Positions 1 through 9,828 of a stretch of DNA of 64,000 nucleotides are shown here, piece after piece. This DNA is from an uncultured Chthonomonadaceae bacterium (GTDB lineage: Bacteria > Armatimonadota > Chthonomonadetes > Chthonomonadales > Chthonomonadaceae): contig CAWIEK010000037.1 of NCBI GenBank assembly GCA_963835065.1, forward strand, positions 128,001-192,000. Reading direction: 5' to 3'. Within the stretch, counting starts at the first letter, position 1; the number at the start of each line of letters is the position of its first letter. Both the position numbers and the translations under genes were made by a program. The notes under the pieces are model-generated. The model made no database searches, had not been told where the DNA came from, and saw nothing but the letters and a program-made list of their open reading frames with translations.

Positions 1-2301
1 CCATTCAAACGACGGATGCGCAGGGGAAGGCGGTGCCGTGCGAGTTGTCGTTTGGCGTGGTGGATGAGGCGATTTATGCGCTGCGCGAGGACGACCCAAA
101 AGCGATGCAGCAGGCGTTTTATCCGCGCCGATCCAATCAGGTATCCACGTCCTACTCGTTCGCGGTGGAGTACCTGGGGGATGCCGACAAGACGGAACCC
201 AAAATCGAAACGCGCAAGAAGTTCCCCGATACCGCCTACTGGAACCCGAACCTGCGCACGGACGCGCTCGGACAGGCGCGAGTTTCCTTTGCCCTGCCCG
301 ACAGCCTGACGACATGGCGGGCGACGGCGGTTGCCAACACGCAGGATACGCGCATCGGGCGCGGCGTGAATAAAATCCTGGTAGCCAAAGACTTTTATGT
401 CCGGCTGCAAGCGCCCCGTTCGCTGACGCAGGAGGATACATCGAAGTCTGGTGGCGATTGTCCACAACGATACGGGCATGGCGCAAACCGCGCTTGTGCG
501 CTTGCAGGCCGAGAATTTGACGGCGAGTGGCGATGCCACGCAAACGCTGACCTTAGCCCCCGGCGCGCATGGCGAAGCGACCTGGCCGATTACGGCAAAC
601 GGGTACGGCGAAGCCAAATTGAAAGTGACCGCCTGGACGCCCAAAGAAAACGGGAACAGGCAGTACACGGATGGGCTGGAAACCACGCTGCCGATCCGCC
701 CGCATGGCCGCGAAAACATGGTCTCGTTTGCGGGGCAGTTGACGGCAGCGCATCCTGAAACAGAAGTGGTACGGCTGGACCCGAACGCGGTTCCCGGCCT
801 GAGCCATGTCACCGTTCGCATTACGCCCTCCATTGCCAGTTCGCTGGCGGGAGGATTGGAATACCTCATCGGCTATCCGTATGGCTGCGTGGAACAAACC
901 CTGAGCCGCGTACTGCCGGATTTGCGGGTGCAGCGCGTCCTCAAACAGCGCGGATTGGCCCTGAACGCAGCCGAAACGCGCCGAGCGGGAGAAATCGGAC
1001 AGATGGTGCGGGAAGGCTTGCAGCGCCTGTACCGCTTCCAGCATCCGAGCGGCGCGTGGGGCTGGTGGGAGCATGACCCGGACGATCCCTGGATGACGGG
1101 CTACGTTCTGGTCGGGCTGGCGGAAGCGAAAGCGGATGGCTACCCGGTCAGCGAACGGGTATTGCAAACCGGGCGTGAAGCGGGCGTAAAACTGCTGAAG
1201 CGGTGCAAGCCCGGTCAACTGCCCTTCCTGATGTATGGGCTGGCCTTAGCGGGGGAGCGAAACTATGTTGCAAAATGGCGGCGCAATCTGCCCATGCCCG
1301 GCCTGTCACCCGAAAATCTGGCGTATGTGGTTCTGATTGACCGGATGCTGGGACACAGCGCAACGGACGCGGAACGGCAATTGGCCGGTAAAGCCGTCCG
1401 GCAGGACGAAATGCTGCACTGGACGGAGCGCAACAGCGACGACCGCAACGATCTGACGGCAACAGCAATGGCCTTGCGCGTGATACTGCAAGCCAATCCG
1501 CAAGACCCGCGCATTGTGCCGACGCTGCGCTGGCTGATGTTCAAGCGCACGGGCGAGTACTGGGGCAGTACGCGGGATACGTCGTGGGTACTCGCCGCCT
1601 TTGCGGACTACCTGCAAACGCAGTCCAATTACTCGGCGGGCGGGCAGGTGCAATTGCAAATCAACGGCACATTGCGGCAGACGGTTGCCTTGACGGAAAA
1701 CAACCTGCGCGAAAAAGAGATCATTCTGCGAATTCCGGCAACGCAATTGCGCAGCGACAAGAACGACATTACATTAACGCGAACCGGAGGCAACAGCCCG
1801 ATCTTCTACAGTGTGCAATTGCGGCAGACGATCAGTGGCGAGGAACTGCCCGCCCTCAGTTCCGGGAAACTCAGCGTCACGCGGGAATATCTGCGCGTGA
1901 CGACAAAGCAGGCGACGGACACGCCCTGGAAAGTGCGAACGGAGCCGACCAACAACACCATGCAAACGGGCGATCATATCCGGGTGCGCCTGACCCTCAA
2001 CGTGCCCCGTGACATGGCGTATGTGCTGATCGAAGACCCGTTCCCTGCCGGCTGCGAAGTCTCGGAGCGCGGCGACGCGGATGAAGTGACGGATTGGAAC
2101 TACTGGTGGTCGAGCCTTGACGTGCGCGATGATCGTATCGCCTTCTTCGCCCGGACACTATCCGCCGGTCAGCATGTCATTGAGTACAACCTGCGCGCGC
2201 AAACGCCGGGAACCTACCGCGCCCTACCCACGCTCCTGCAAGCCATGTACGCCCCCGACCAAAAAGCGGAAACGGCGGAAGCGAAGGTGGAAATAAAATG
2301 A
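1..2301 (+). CDS. Alpha-2-macroglobulin family protein, 5' partial, frameshift near 447
   Basis: RKKFPDTAYWNP, LPDSLTTWR, thioester motif YPYGCVEQ, C-terminal RDDRIAFF and MYAP. ORFs 33-758 and 451-2301 join if one base is removed near 447. Confidence 0.9.
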
Positions 2302-3110
2302 AGAAAGAAGCCGTTGCCATCACTTTGCTGTTTGGCGTCGGGAGCAGTTTGTTTTGGGGAATGAACGCAACGCCTGCGCCGCAGGAAGTGGAAATGGCGG
2401 GCTACGCTACAAGCCTGAAAGGGCGCACCATCAGCCAGCGGCACAATGCGCGGAAAGCGGCGGACGCGCTGAACGGCAAAACCATTGCGCCGGGAGCGGT
2501 TTTCTCGTTCAACGCAACGGTAAAATCGTGGTCTGCCGATCAGGGGTTTGTGAAAGCGCCCGTCAGTTTCGACGGCGAACTGATTAAAGCGTACGGCGGC
2601 GGGGTGTGTCAAACTTCCACCACGCTGTACAACGTCGCGCTGCTGGCCGGCCTGCCGATTGTGGAGCGGCATCCGCATGTGTTCGCGCCCCACTACGTTC
2701 CGCCCGGACAGGACGCGGCTGTCGCGCAGCGCAACATTGACCTGCGCTTTCGCAACCCGTACAAGTGGCCGCTGCGTATACGAGCGAAAACGGAGGGGGA
2801 TCGTCTGGAAATACGCCTGTACGGAGCCGAACCCGTGCCGCAGCAGGTACAGGTCGCCACCGAGGTTCTGTCTGCAAGCCCGCCCGCCCGCCTGACGCGA
2901 GTGGCGTATCGGGGCGCAGCCTCTGCCGGACGCGCGTATGTCCGCAATCCCGGCGCGGTCGGCTACCGTGTGCTGACATTCCGAACGTTTGTATCCAGTG
3001 ACAAAGCGTTACCGGCAAGTGGAGCAAACGCGCGGCGCGAACGCCTGTCGGATGACACCTATCAGGCAATGGATCGCATTGTACAGGTAGATGAGGTAGC
3101 CGCCCCCTAA
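2298..3110 (+). CDS. VanW family protein
   Basis: FSFNATV, YGGGVCQTSTTLYN, YVPPGQDAAV and DLRFRN motifs. ATGA overlap with the upstream gene. Confidence 0.88.
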   Translation: MKKEAVAITLLFGVGSSLFWGMNATPAPQEVEMAGYATSLKGRTISQRHNARKAADALNGKTIAPGAVFSFNATVKSWSADQGFVKAPVSFDGELIKAYGGGVCQTSTTLYNVALLAGLPIVERHPHVFAPHYVPPGQDAAVAQRNIDLRFRNPYKWPLRIRAKTEGDRLEIRLYGAEPVPQQVQVATEVLSASPPARLTRVAYRGAASAGRAYVRNPGAVGYRVLTFRTFVSSDKALPASGANARRERLSDDTYQAMDRIVQVDEVAAP

Positions 3111-3120
3111 CCTCAAAACA

Positions 3121-3272
3121 GCGGCGTAGGGACACAACATGTTGTGTCCTCCTCCGTCTGCGTGTCCTCCTCCGTCTGCGTGTCCTCCTCCGTCTGCGTG
3201 TCCTCTTCCAGTAGAGCGAACGCGGACACAACATTGTCCATGCGGACACAACAAGTTGTGTCCCTACGCCGC
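3121..3272. repeat. GTAG-type REP doublet (REPIN-like) with internal 18-bp tandem repeat x3
   Basis: 29-bp inverted ends gcggcgtagggacacaacatgttgtgtcc (1 mismatch). gtgtcctcctccgtctgc x3 at 3144-3197. Confidence 0.8.
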
Positions 3273-3273
3273 G

Positions 3274-3534
3274 TTATCGTTCCTTTACGGGAGTAAAGGT
3301 GACTTCCAGAGGCGCGTGGCCGTCTATCGTAATCTGCGGGTTCCCTTGTTCCACTTTGGGGCGAACCGCGCGCCGGTGCGACCAGATATTCATGCCGAGC
3401 CAGCCCGCCACCAGGATTTTGAAGCCCTGCGAGTACAGCCCGAACCAAGCGCTCTGGCACAGCGCCACAATGCCAAGCACAATCAAGCTGATGGCAAGCA
3501 TCTCCATCGCCTGCGCAAAACGTCCTGAAAGCAT
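3274..3534 (-). CDS. Small two-TM membrane protein, last gene of the ABC operon
   Basis: MLSGRFAQAMEMLAISLIVLGIVALCQ..., GGAG before the ATG at 3534, two hydrophobic segments. Confidence 0.7.
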   Translation of the reverse strand: MLSGRFAQAMEMLAISLIVLGIVALCQSAWFGLYSQGFKILVAGWLGMNIWSHRRAVRPKVEQGNPQITIDGHAPLEVTFTPVKER

Positions 3535-3544
3535 GGGAACTCCG

Positions 3545-3662
3545 AGGGAACAGGGAACAGGGAACAGGGAACAGACGATACTACTACCTAAACTATCTGA
3601 ATAACCTCGAAAGGTTATAGAGCGGGTATTTTCTGTTCCCTGTTCCCTGTTCCCTGTTCCCT
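3545..3662. repeat. Inverted heptamer arrays (AGGGAAC)4 ... (GTTCCCT)4
   Basis: Arms at about 3545-3574 and 3633-3662 around a unique spacer. Confidence 0.9.
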
Positions 3663-3664
3663 TC

Positions 3665-4753
3665 CTACGTGAGCGCCATCGTCGTCTCCTGATCGAACAG
3701 GTGGGCGCGGGTGTGGTCAATACGCATGTGCAGGATTTCCCCGATGCGCGACATAAAGGTGGGGGGCATCCGAACTTTGAAAATGTTGCCGGCAAGGCGC
3801 GCGTCTATGATGTTCTCGGAACCAAGCGGCTCCACGACATACACTTCGCTCGGCACGAATTCCGCCTGCGGGTCGCGGCGCAGGGCAATGTCTTCGGGAC
3901 GGACGCCCAAAATCAGCGGCTTGCCGGTCGGGGCGTTGGCGAACCGCGCTCTGGCGTCGGCCTGAATCGGCAGGGTCACGTCACCGTCCAGCAGCAGGGC
4001 GCTGCGGTCCGGCGCGATCTGGCACGGCACTAAATTCATGGCGGGCGAACCGATGAAGCCCGCTACAAACAGGTTGGCGGGACGGTCATACACGTCGGAA
4101 GGCGAACCCACCTGCTGCAAAAAGCCGCCGTACATAATGGCGATTTTATCCGCCATGCTCAGGGCTTCCAACTGGTCGTGCGTGACGTAAATCGTCGTGG
4201 CGTTCAGGTCGGTTTGCAGCCGCTTGATTTCCGCCCGCATTTCCGTGCGCAGTTTGGCGTCCAGGTTGGACAACGGCTCGTCCATCAGGAACACTTTGGG
4301 GCGGCGCACAATGGCGCGTCCGATGGCGACGCGCTGCATTTCGCCGCCCGACAATTTGCCCGGTTTGCGGCTCAACAGCCGCTCGATGTGCAGCGTTTTG
4401 GCCGCTTCCTGTACCCGCTCCGCAATCACGGAAGGCGGAGTCTTGACGGCTTTGAGCGGAAACGCCAGATTTTCCGCAACGGTCATGTGCGGATAAATGG
4501 CGTACTGCTGAAACACCATCGCGATGTCGCGCTGCGAAGGCGGCAGTTTGGTAACATCCTCGCCGTCAATCAAAATCTGCCCGCCGTCGGGGATTTCCAG
4601 CCCGGCAATGCAGCGCAAAGTGGTTGTTTTCCCGCAGCCCGACGGGCCGAGGAACACCATAAACATGCCGTCATCAATGTCCAGCGACGTGTTGTTGATA
4701 GCGATATTCTGGTCGAATTTTTTCAATAAGTTGCGAACGTGTACGGTTGCCAT
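3665..4753 (-). CDS. Carbohydrate ABC transporter ATP-binding protein (MalK/UgpC family)
   Basis: GPSGCGKT, LSGGEMQR, DEPLSNLD, C-terminal TOBE region. Confidence 0.95.
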   Translation of the reverse strand: MATVHVRNLLKKFDQNIAINNTSLDIDDGMFMVFLGPSGCGKTTTLRCIAGLEIPDGGQILIDGEDVTKLPPSQRDIAMVFQQYAIYPHMTVAENLAFPLKAVKTPPSVIAERVQEAAKTLHIERLLSRKPGKLSGGEMQRVAIGRAIVRRPKVFLMDEPLSNLDAKLRTEMRAEIKRLQTDLNATTIYVTHDQLEALSMADKIAIMYGGFLQQVGSPSDVYDRPANLFVAGFIGSPAMNLVPCQIAPDRSALLLDGDVTLPIQADARARFANAPTGKPLILGVRPEDIALRRDPQAEFVPSEVYVVEPLGSENIIDARLAGNIFKVRMPPTFMSRIGEILHMRIDHTRAHLFDQETTMALT

Positions 4754-4766
4754 AAGAGTAGGTTTC

Positions 4767-4856
4767 AGGCATTAGGCATTAGGCATTAGATATTAGGAAA
4801 GTACCTGTTTAGCGGGTGCATTGTCCTAATGCCTAGTGCCTAATGCCTAATGCCTA
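4767..4856. repeat. Inverted heptamer arrays (AGGCATT)n ... (AATGCCT)n
   Basis: Arms at about 4767-4797 and 4825-4856. Confidence 0.9.
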
Positions 4857-6920
4857 CTTCTTGATTGCTCCAAAAGTGACGCCGCGCAGCAGGTGCTTGC
4901 GCATAAGGAAGGTGAACAGGGTGACTGGCAACAGGAACAGCATGGCGCCCGCTGCGATTTGTCCGTAGTCGAGGCCGCCGGGTCCGGTTAAGCCGATGAT
5001 GGACGGCGGGGCGGTCTTGGAAGGAACGCCCGACAGCACCTGCGCGAACGCGAACTCGTTCCAGGCCGTGATAAAGCAGAAGACAGCGGTGACCGCGATG
5101 CCGGTCAGCGCCTGCGGCAGCGAGATTTTCCAGAAGGTTCGCAGCCGGGAATAGCCGTCAAGCAGGGCGGCATCATCGTATTCGTGCGGAATATCGTCGA
5201 AAAAGCCTTTCAGCAGGTAAGTTGAGAACGACAGATTGAACACGGTGTACAGAATAATCAGACCCAGGCGCGTGTTGAACAGCCCGATGGTTTTGAACAT
5301 CAGGAAGATGGGAATCACGACGGCGATAGCGGGCAGCATGCGCGTACTGAGAACGAAAAACAGCAGGTCGCCCTTCCCTTTGATTTGAAACCGCGCAAAG
5401 GCATACGCCGACATCGTACCAAGCGAAACGGCCAAAAGTGTACTGACAATTCCGATGAACAGGCTGTTTCCAATCTGTTCGGGAAAGTCTTTGTAGCCTA
5501 TAATGGGCTTGGTCATGTCGTAGTTTTGATGTTTGTATATAAGCGCGTCGTAGTTGCGCAGCGTGTAGCCGAAGCTCGTGTCATTGGAAGGCTGTTCGCC
5601 CCGAACGTAGGCGTGGGAGGGAATCAGTTTGGGCGGCGCGGTGAAAATCTGCGTGGGCGGCTTCAGGCTGGTTACGAAAATCATGTAAATCGGCAGCAGA
5701 TAGGCTACGGTTGCCACACCAATCGCGCAATAGGCTAATCCGGTGCGAACCCCCTGCGGCAGTCTTGTCGTGTTCCATATCAGCACAACCGCAACAACTG
5801 CGCCGACAATGGGCAGAATATGCCCGCCCATCCACTGCGCAATTAAGCCTGCCTGCGGCAGCAGCAAAAGTACAATCAACGCGCCGAGAAAATACGTGGG
5901 CTGCTCGACATAACGCGCCAGTCCCGGAAAACCCTTGTCGCGTACCCGGTCGCCAAGAAACGCGCCGAACCCGCTGGCATCGGGAATGTTTTCGCCGCGC
6001 ACCTTCGCCATGTACTTGATGAACAGGTTCGCAAGCCCGATGATGATGAGCAGGATGATATAAGCGAGGGCGCACGAAATTCCCGTATAATGCTGATCGA
6101 ACGCCTTTTGGTACAGGCTGAACGACACGGTTTTGGTCATGTCGCCCGGCCCGCCGCCCGTGAGCGCGTAAACCAGATCGAATATCTTGAAGCAGTCAAT
6201 GGTGCGGAACAGCAGCGCGATCATGACAATCGGCGCGACCATCGGAATGGTGATGTAGCGGAACTTGAACCAGGTAGACGCGCGATCCACTTCCGCCGCT
6301 TCGTACAAATGCGGCGGAACCGCGTTCAAGCCCGCAAGCGAAATCAGCATCACGAACGGCGACCACATCCACGTATCCACCAAAACAAGCGACCAGATCG
6401 CGTTGTCGGGATTGGTTGTCCAGACCAGAGGATTGGCGGGATTTTGCAGGTGCAGCAGCTGCAGCAGCCAGTTCACGACGCCGAAGTTGGCGTCCAGCAG
6501 GTAGTACCAGAACTTGCCGACAATGACTGGCGACAGCATCATCGGCAGCAAGATCAGCGTGGTAAGGATGCCTTTGGCCTTGAAGGTCCGGTTCAGCAGC
6601 AGCGCCATGCCAAAGCCGACAAGTAATTGCGCTCCGACCGCAAACAGGGTAAACCGCGCCGTGACGATGAAGTTGTTCCAGATGTCGCGGTTCGTGAGCA
6701 GGCTGGTGTAGTTGGCTCCGCCGATCCAGAGCGCTTTCTTGCTTGCCGTGTCGGTATAATCGCAAAAAGACAGGATCAGCGACCAGAACAGCGGGAACAC
6801 GTTCATCGCAATCAGCAGCAGCACGGTGGGCAGCAAAAACAGGTTCGCCACGCTGCGATCCGAAAGTCCGCGTTTGGGGGTTTTTGTTTGCAGTTGCGTC
6901 CGTGAAAGGGGTGTATCCAA
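4854..6920 (-). CDS. Fused carbohydrate ABC permease (MalF-like plus MalG-like)
   Basis: Two EAA loops (YEAAEVDRAS and YDDAALLDGYS) in one 688-aa ORF. Confidence 0.9.
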   Translation of the reverse strand: MDTPLSRTQLQTKTPKRGLSDRSVANLFLLPTVLLLIAMNVFPLFWSLILSFCDYTDTASKKALWIGGANYTSLLTNRDIWNNFIVTARFTLFAVGAQLLVGFGMALLLNRTFKAKGILTTLILLPMMLSPVIVGKFWYYLLDANFGVVNWLLQLLHLQNPANPLVWTTNPDNAIWSLVLVDTWMWSPFVMLISLAGLNAVPPHLYEAAEVDRASTWFKFRYITIPMVAPIVMIALLFRTIDCFKIFDLVYALTGGGPGDMTKTVSFSLYQKAFDQHYTGISCALAYIILLIIIGLANLFIKYMAKVRGENIPDASGFGAFLGDRVRDKGFPGLARYVEQPTYFLGALIVLLLLPQAGLIAQWMGGHILPIVGAVVAVVLIWNTTRLPQGVRTGLAYCAIGVATVAYLLPIYMIFVTSLKPPTQIFTAPPKLIPSHAYVRGEQPSNDTSFGYTLRNYDALIYKHQNYDMTKPIIGYKDFPEQIGNSLFIGIVSTLLAVSLGTMSAYAFARFQIKGKGDLLFFVLSTRMLPAIAVVIPIFLMFKTIGLFNTRLGLIILYTVFNLSFSTYLLKGFFDDIPHEYDDAALLDGYSRLRTFWKISLPQALTGIAVTAVFCFITAWNEFAFAQVLSGVPSKTAPPSIIGLTGPGGLDYGQIAAGAMLFLLPVTLFTFLMRKHLLRGVTFGAIKK

Positions 6921-6934
6921 GCTAATTCCTTAAA

Positions 6935-7013
6935 AGTGATGAGTGATGAATGATGAGTGATGAATGAAGACGCCGCGCTTTACTCATCACTCATCACTCA
7001 TCATTCATCATTC
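6935..7013. repeat. Inverted heptamer arrays (TGATGAR)n ... (YTCATCA)n
   Basis: Arms at about 6935-6968 and 6980-7013. Confidence 0.9.
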
Positions 7014-7014
7014 C

Positions 7015-8427
7015 TTACTGTGCTGAGGCCGCCGTAATGCTTTTCAGGGTTTCGGTATGTTTTTTGGCGATGGCGTCCATGGCCGCCTGCGGGGTCTCGC
7101 TGCCGGTTACAACCGCATTCCAGTGTGTCTGCGTTTCGTTGAGCAGTTCCGCATACTTGGGATTGTTGTAAAAGTCCTTCAGGTACTGGACGCTTTCGGC
7201 GAAGGCCGGGTTAAAGGGCGCGGCCTGCTGGAATTCCGGGGTTTTCAGCACGTCGGTATCGCAGGTAAGGCCACCCAATTTCGCCCATTTCTGCTGCGTT
7301 TCCTTTTTGCTGAACCAGGCGAGGAACTTCTTGGCCTCCTCCTGATTTTTGGAATACGCGGATACGGACAGACCCTGGCCGCCCAGGCTGATGAAATGGC
7401 CTTTCGGACCGCCGGGCGACACGAAGAAGCCTGTTTTGGCCGCGAGGGTGTTTTCTTCTTCGTTGGTCAGGCCGGGGAAGAAGGTGTACCAGTCTTCGGC
7501 CATCGCCACCTGTCCGGCTTTGAAGGCTTCCAGCGTTTCGTTGAAGTAGAATTTTTCCGAACCGGGCGGGGTGAACTTCTTGAGTTCCTGCGTGTAGAAT
7601 TTCAGCGCGTCTACGGCGGTGGAGGAGTTCAGCACGCCGTCAACTTTGCCTTTACCGTCGTTGAGATCGCCGCCGTAAGACCACAGCACCTCGTCAAAGC
7701 CCATCGTGATGCCGTCGTATCCGCCGCCGCCCGCATAAAACGGAGCCAGTCCGTACATCTGCTTGCCGGTTGCGGGGTCTTTGCGGGTGAAGAATTCGGC
7801 CACGTCGCGCAGTTCGGCCCAGGTTTTGGGCGGCGCGAGTTCATGCTTGTACTTGGCCTGAAAGTCGGTTTTGTTTTTGGCGTCTTCAAACAGGTCTTTG
7901 CGATACGCGAAGCCGATAGCGTCCGCTTCGCAGGGTACGCCGTAAGTCTTGCCTTCGTAATCGCAGTAGAATTGTTTGGCGGCGGGGGAAATCTCGCCCC
8001 AGGGCACATTGGTTTTAGCCCATTCGGTCAGGTCGGCGTAATGGTGTTCGGTTGCGCCGCGTCCGAGCCACTGGCTGTCGCCGACAATCAGGTCATAAGC
8101 GTCGCTATGCCCGCTCCACACTTCCGTTTGAATCTTATTCTGGAAGTCCGTCCAGGGAATCTGCTTCACGTCTACCGCTGTGCCGGTTTCTTTGGTGTAA
8201 TCCGCGCTCAAAGTTTCCAGGTATTCCGAGGGTTTCCACTGCGCCCAGGCAATCGTCAGCTTGCCACCTCCGGTGGGAGCGGCAGTGGATTTGCCCGATG
8301 TGTCGGCAGAACCGGTGGATGAGGCCGTATTGTCGGATTTGTTTCCGCCACAGCCCGTAAGAGCTAACGCGCCCAGCGCTGCCAGTCCCAGCAGTGATGC
8401 GGCGGCAATGCCATTCATTTTACGCAA
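7015..8427 (-). CDS. Sugar ABC substrate-binding lipoprotein
   Basis: Lipobox LTGC, SBP family 1 features (YRKDLF, PKTW). TTG start 7 nt after AGGAGG. Confidence 0.9.
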   Translation of the reverse strand: MRKMNGIAAASLLGLAALGALALTGCGGNKSDNTASSTGSADTSGKSTAAPTGGGKLTIAWAQWKPSEYLETLSADYTKETGTAVDVKQIPWTDFQNKIQTEVWSGHSDAYDLIVGDSQWLGRGATEHHYADLTEWAKTNVPWGEISPAAKQFYCDYEGKTYGVPCEADAIGFAYRKDLFEDAKNKTDFQAKYKHELAPPKTWAELRDVAEFFTRKDPATGKQMYGLAPFYAGGGGYDGITMGFDEVLWSYGGDLNDGKGKVDGVLNSSTAVDALKFYTQELKKFTPPGSEKFYFNETLEAFKAGQVAMAEDWYTFFPGLTNEEENTLAAKTGFFVSPGGPKGHFISLGGQGLSVSAYSKNQEEAKKFLAWFSKKETQQKWAKLGGLTCDTDVLKTPEFQQAAPFNPAFAESVQYLKDFYNNPKYAELLNETQTHWNAVVTGSETPQAAMDAIAKKHTETLKSITAASAQ

Positions 8428-8689
8428 CGAAGCGCCTCCTTTTGCAAAGCAGTTGCAGTAGATAGTGTTGCAGGAAGAACCATCCCCGACGGTATTCGAG
8501 AGGATGGGAAGGGAATCTGAAGAATTCTGAAAAAGCAAGACAGTGCAAGCCGAAACGCGAACAGGATTACCGCAGGATTGCATAGGCGCAGATAATCACG
8601 AAGATTATAGCACGGTCACGCAATTCTGTCTACGCCGACAGGCGAACAATCGGCGTACTCCTTCGACGCGGACGCAGGAAATTCCTTCT

Positions 8690-8719
8690 TTGCGCGTGAA
8701 ACATTACTCGTGCTATAAT
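8690..8719 (+). promoter_or_regulatory. Sigma70-type promoter
   Basis: TTGCGC-N18-TATAAT with a TGn extension, upstream of AGGAGG and the ATG at 8756. Confidence 0.6.
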
Positions 8720-8755
8720 GCGGCAGAGGTTTTGAGTGGAAAAGGAGGCGGTAAA

Positions 8756-9154
8756 ATGGCATTGCCACAAATGCTCGAAGGCACATGGGAAGAAATCAAG
8801 CAGCACGAGGCGGAACTGTCCGGCCAGCGATTGCGCGTGTACATCAACCCCGATATTGAAGCGCCCGGACAAACGGCAAAGAAGGTTCGGACGCAACCAA
8901 AACAAAAAGGCCGGCCTGAACAGTTGCGCGGGCGAGGGATGCTTGCAGGAGTGTTAAGCACTGAAGAGTTCCTGCGCCGCAAACACGAAGAAACGGCTCA
9001 GACTGTTGGAGCAGTGGCGACTCCCCAATTGGACAGCGGCACGGCAAGCCGCCCCTCAGTCTTAGGCAAGTATGCTTTTGTCGCCGGTGGCTCCGAGGAG
9101 TTTGCAAAAGAAAAGCAAGCGGAGATAGCGCGTAAAGATAACAAGTTCAAATAA
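8756..9154 (+). CDS. Hypothetical antitoxin-like protein with a duplicated C-terminal motif
   Basis: Strong SD. LEGTWEEI...LRVYI N-terminus, then GMLAGVLSTEEFLRRKHEE and GKYAFVAGGSEEFAKEKQAE. Confidence 0.65.
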   Translation: MALPQMLEGTWEEIKQHEAELSGQRLRVYINPDIEAPGQTAKKVRTQPKQKGRPEQLRGRGMLAGVLSTEEFLRRKHEETAQTVGAVATPQLDSGTASRPSVLGKYAFVAGGSEEFAKEKQAEIARKDNKFK

Positions 9155-9211
9155 CCGTTTTCGATAGGCAGCAGCGCCCCTGTTATAATTGGTACACGCC
9201 CACAAAAAAGC

Positions 9212-9514
9212 AACAGAAAAAGAGCAAAATAATTCGAAAAAAAGCGAACCCTTTGCCCCACGCAACCGTCTAAACAGTAGAATAGTGTCTATTATACAGA
9301 GACGAAGGCTGAAAGTTCGAGTTCCTCTCAACTCTCAACCCTCAACTCTCAACCAAGACAAAAGGGAGGTGCAAAGCCTATGTTTCACCCCTCCCGCTCG
9401 CCCTGATGCTTTCGAGGTCACGACGCCTCTCTCCTACAATCTGACACAACGAGACATCGGGCTGGAAGCGCTGCATTGCCAAGATTTCGACGATGCCTCT
9501 ACATACTCTTTTTT
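9212..9514 (+). ncRNA. Conserved leader/ncRNA-like element, copy 1 (orphan)
   Basis: Aligns with 53186-53428. Core 9435-9506 is 71/72 identical. Carries a GAACC...GTCTA promoter-like motif, micro-ORF 9380-9406 and a T6 tract. Confidence 0.6.
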
Positions 9515-9683
9515 CTACCTGCCGCTTGCCAACGCTTTCAAGACTTCCGCTTGGTAAATGACGGACTTACCGCAGGTTCAGGAAGGGATATGTCTACGGA
9601 TCCTTAGAGCCACTCCCAATAGGCGCGGCATTTGCGCCCGAAGGACAGTTGCCGGGTACTTTCAGAAATAGCGCCCGTGTGGT

Positions 9684-9804
9684 TGCCAGGGGTTGAAACC
9701 CCCTGTCTGGACAAAGCAAGCGTCTTGCAGACGCGCCCATGCTTTCGGGAAGTTGCGTCTGGAAGACGCTTGCACTTTCCTGCCGGGGATTTTCAATCCC
9801 CGGC
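9684..9804. repeat. Palindromic MITE/REP-like element, family C
   Basis: Terminal hairpins with TTGAAA/TTTCAA loops and internal gcgtct..agacgc palindromes. Inverted copy near 14488-14606 and a relative at 53021-53146. Confidence 0.8.
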
Positions 9805-9828
9805 CTAACGGCGACAGGTTCTTAGCGT

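Noticed and set aside
3144..3205. 18-bp repeats as a CRISPR array
   Set aside because: Contiguous tandem units with no spacers, inside a REP-like element, and no cas genes.
7057..8322. Long antisense ORFs (also 12384-13328, 37008-38213, 62013-63083)
   Set aside because: Shadow frames of GC-rich genes with no recognisable motifs.
9212..9514. Retron msr-msd, tRNA/tmRNA or a known riboswitch
   Set aside because: No reverse transcriptase nearby, no cloverleaf or T-loop, and no aptamer consensus I can recognise. An Rfam search is still needed.
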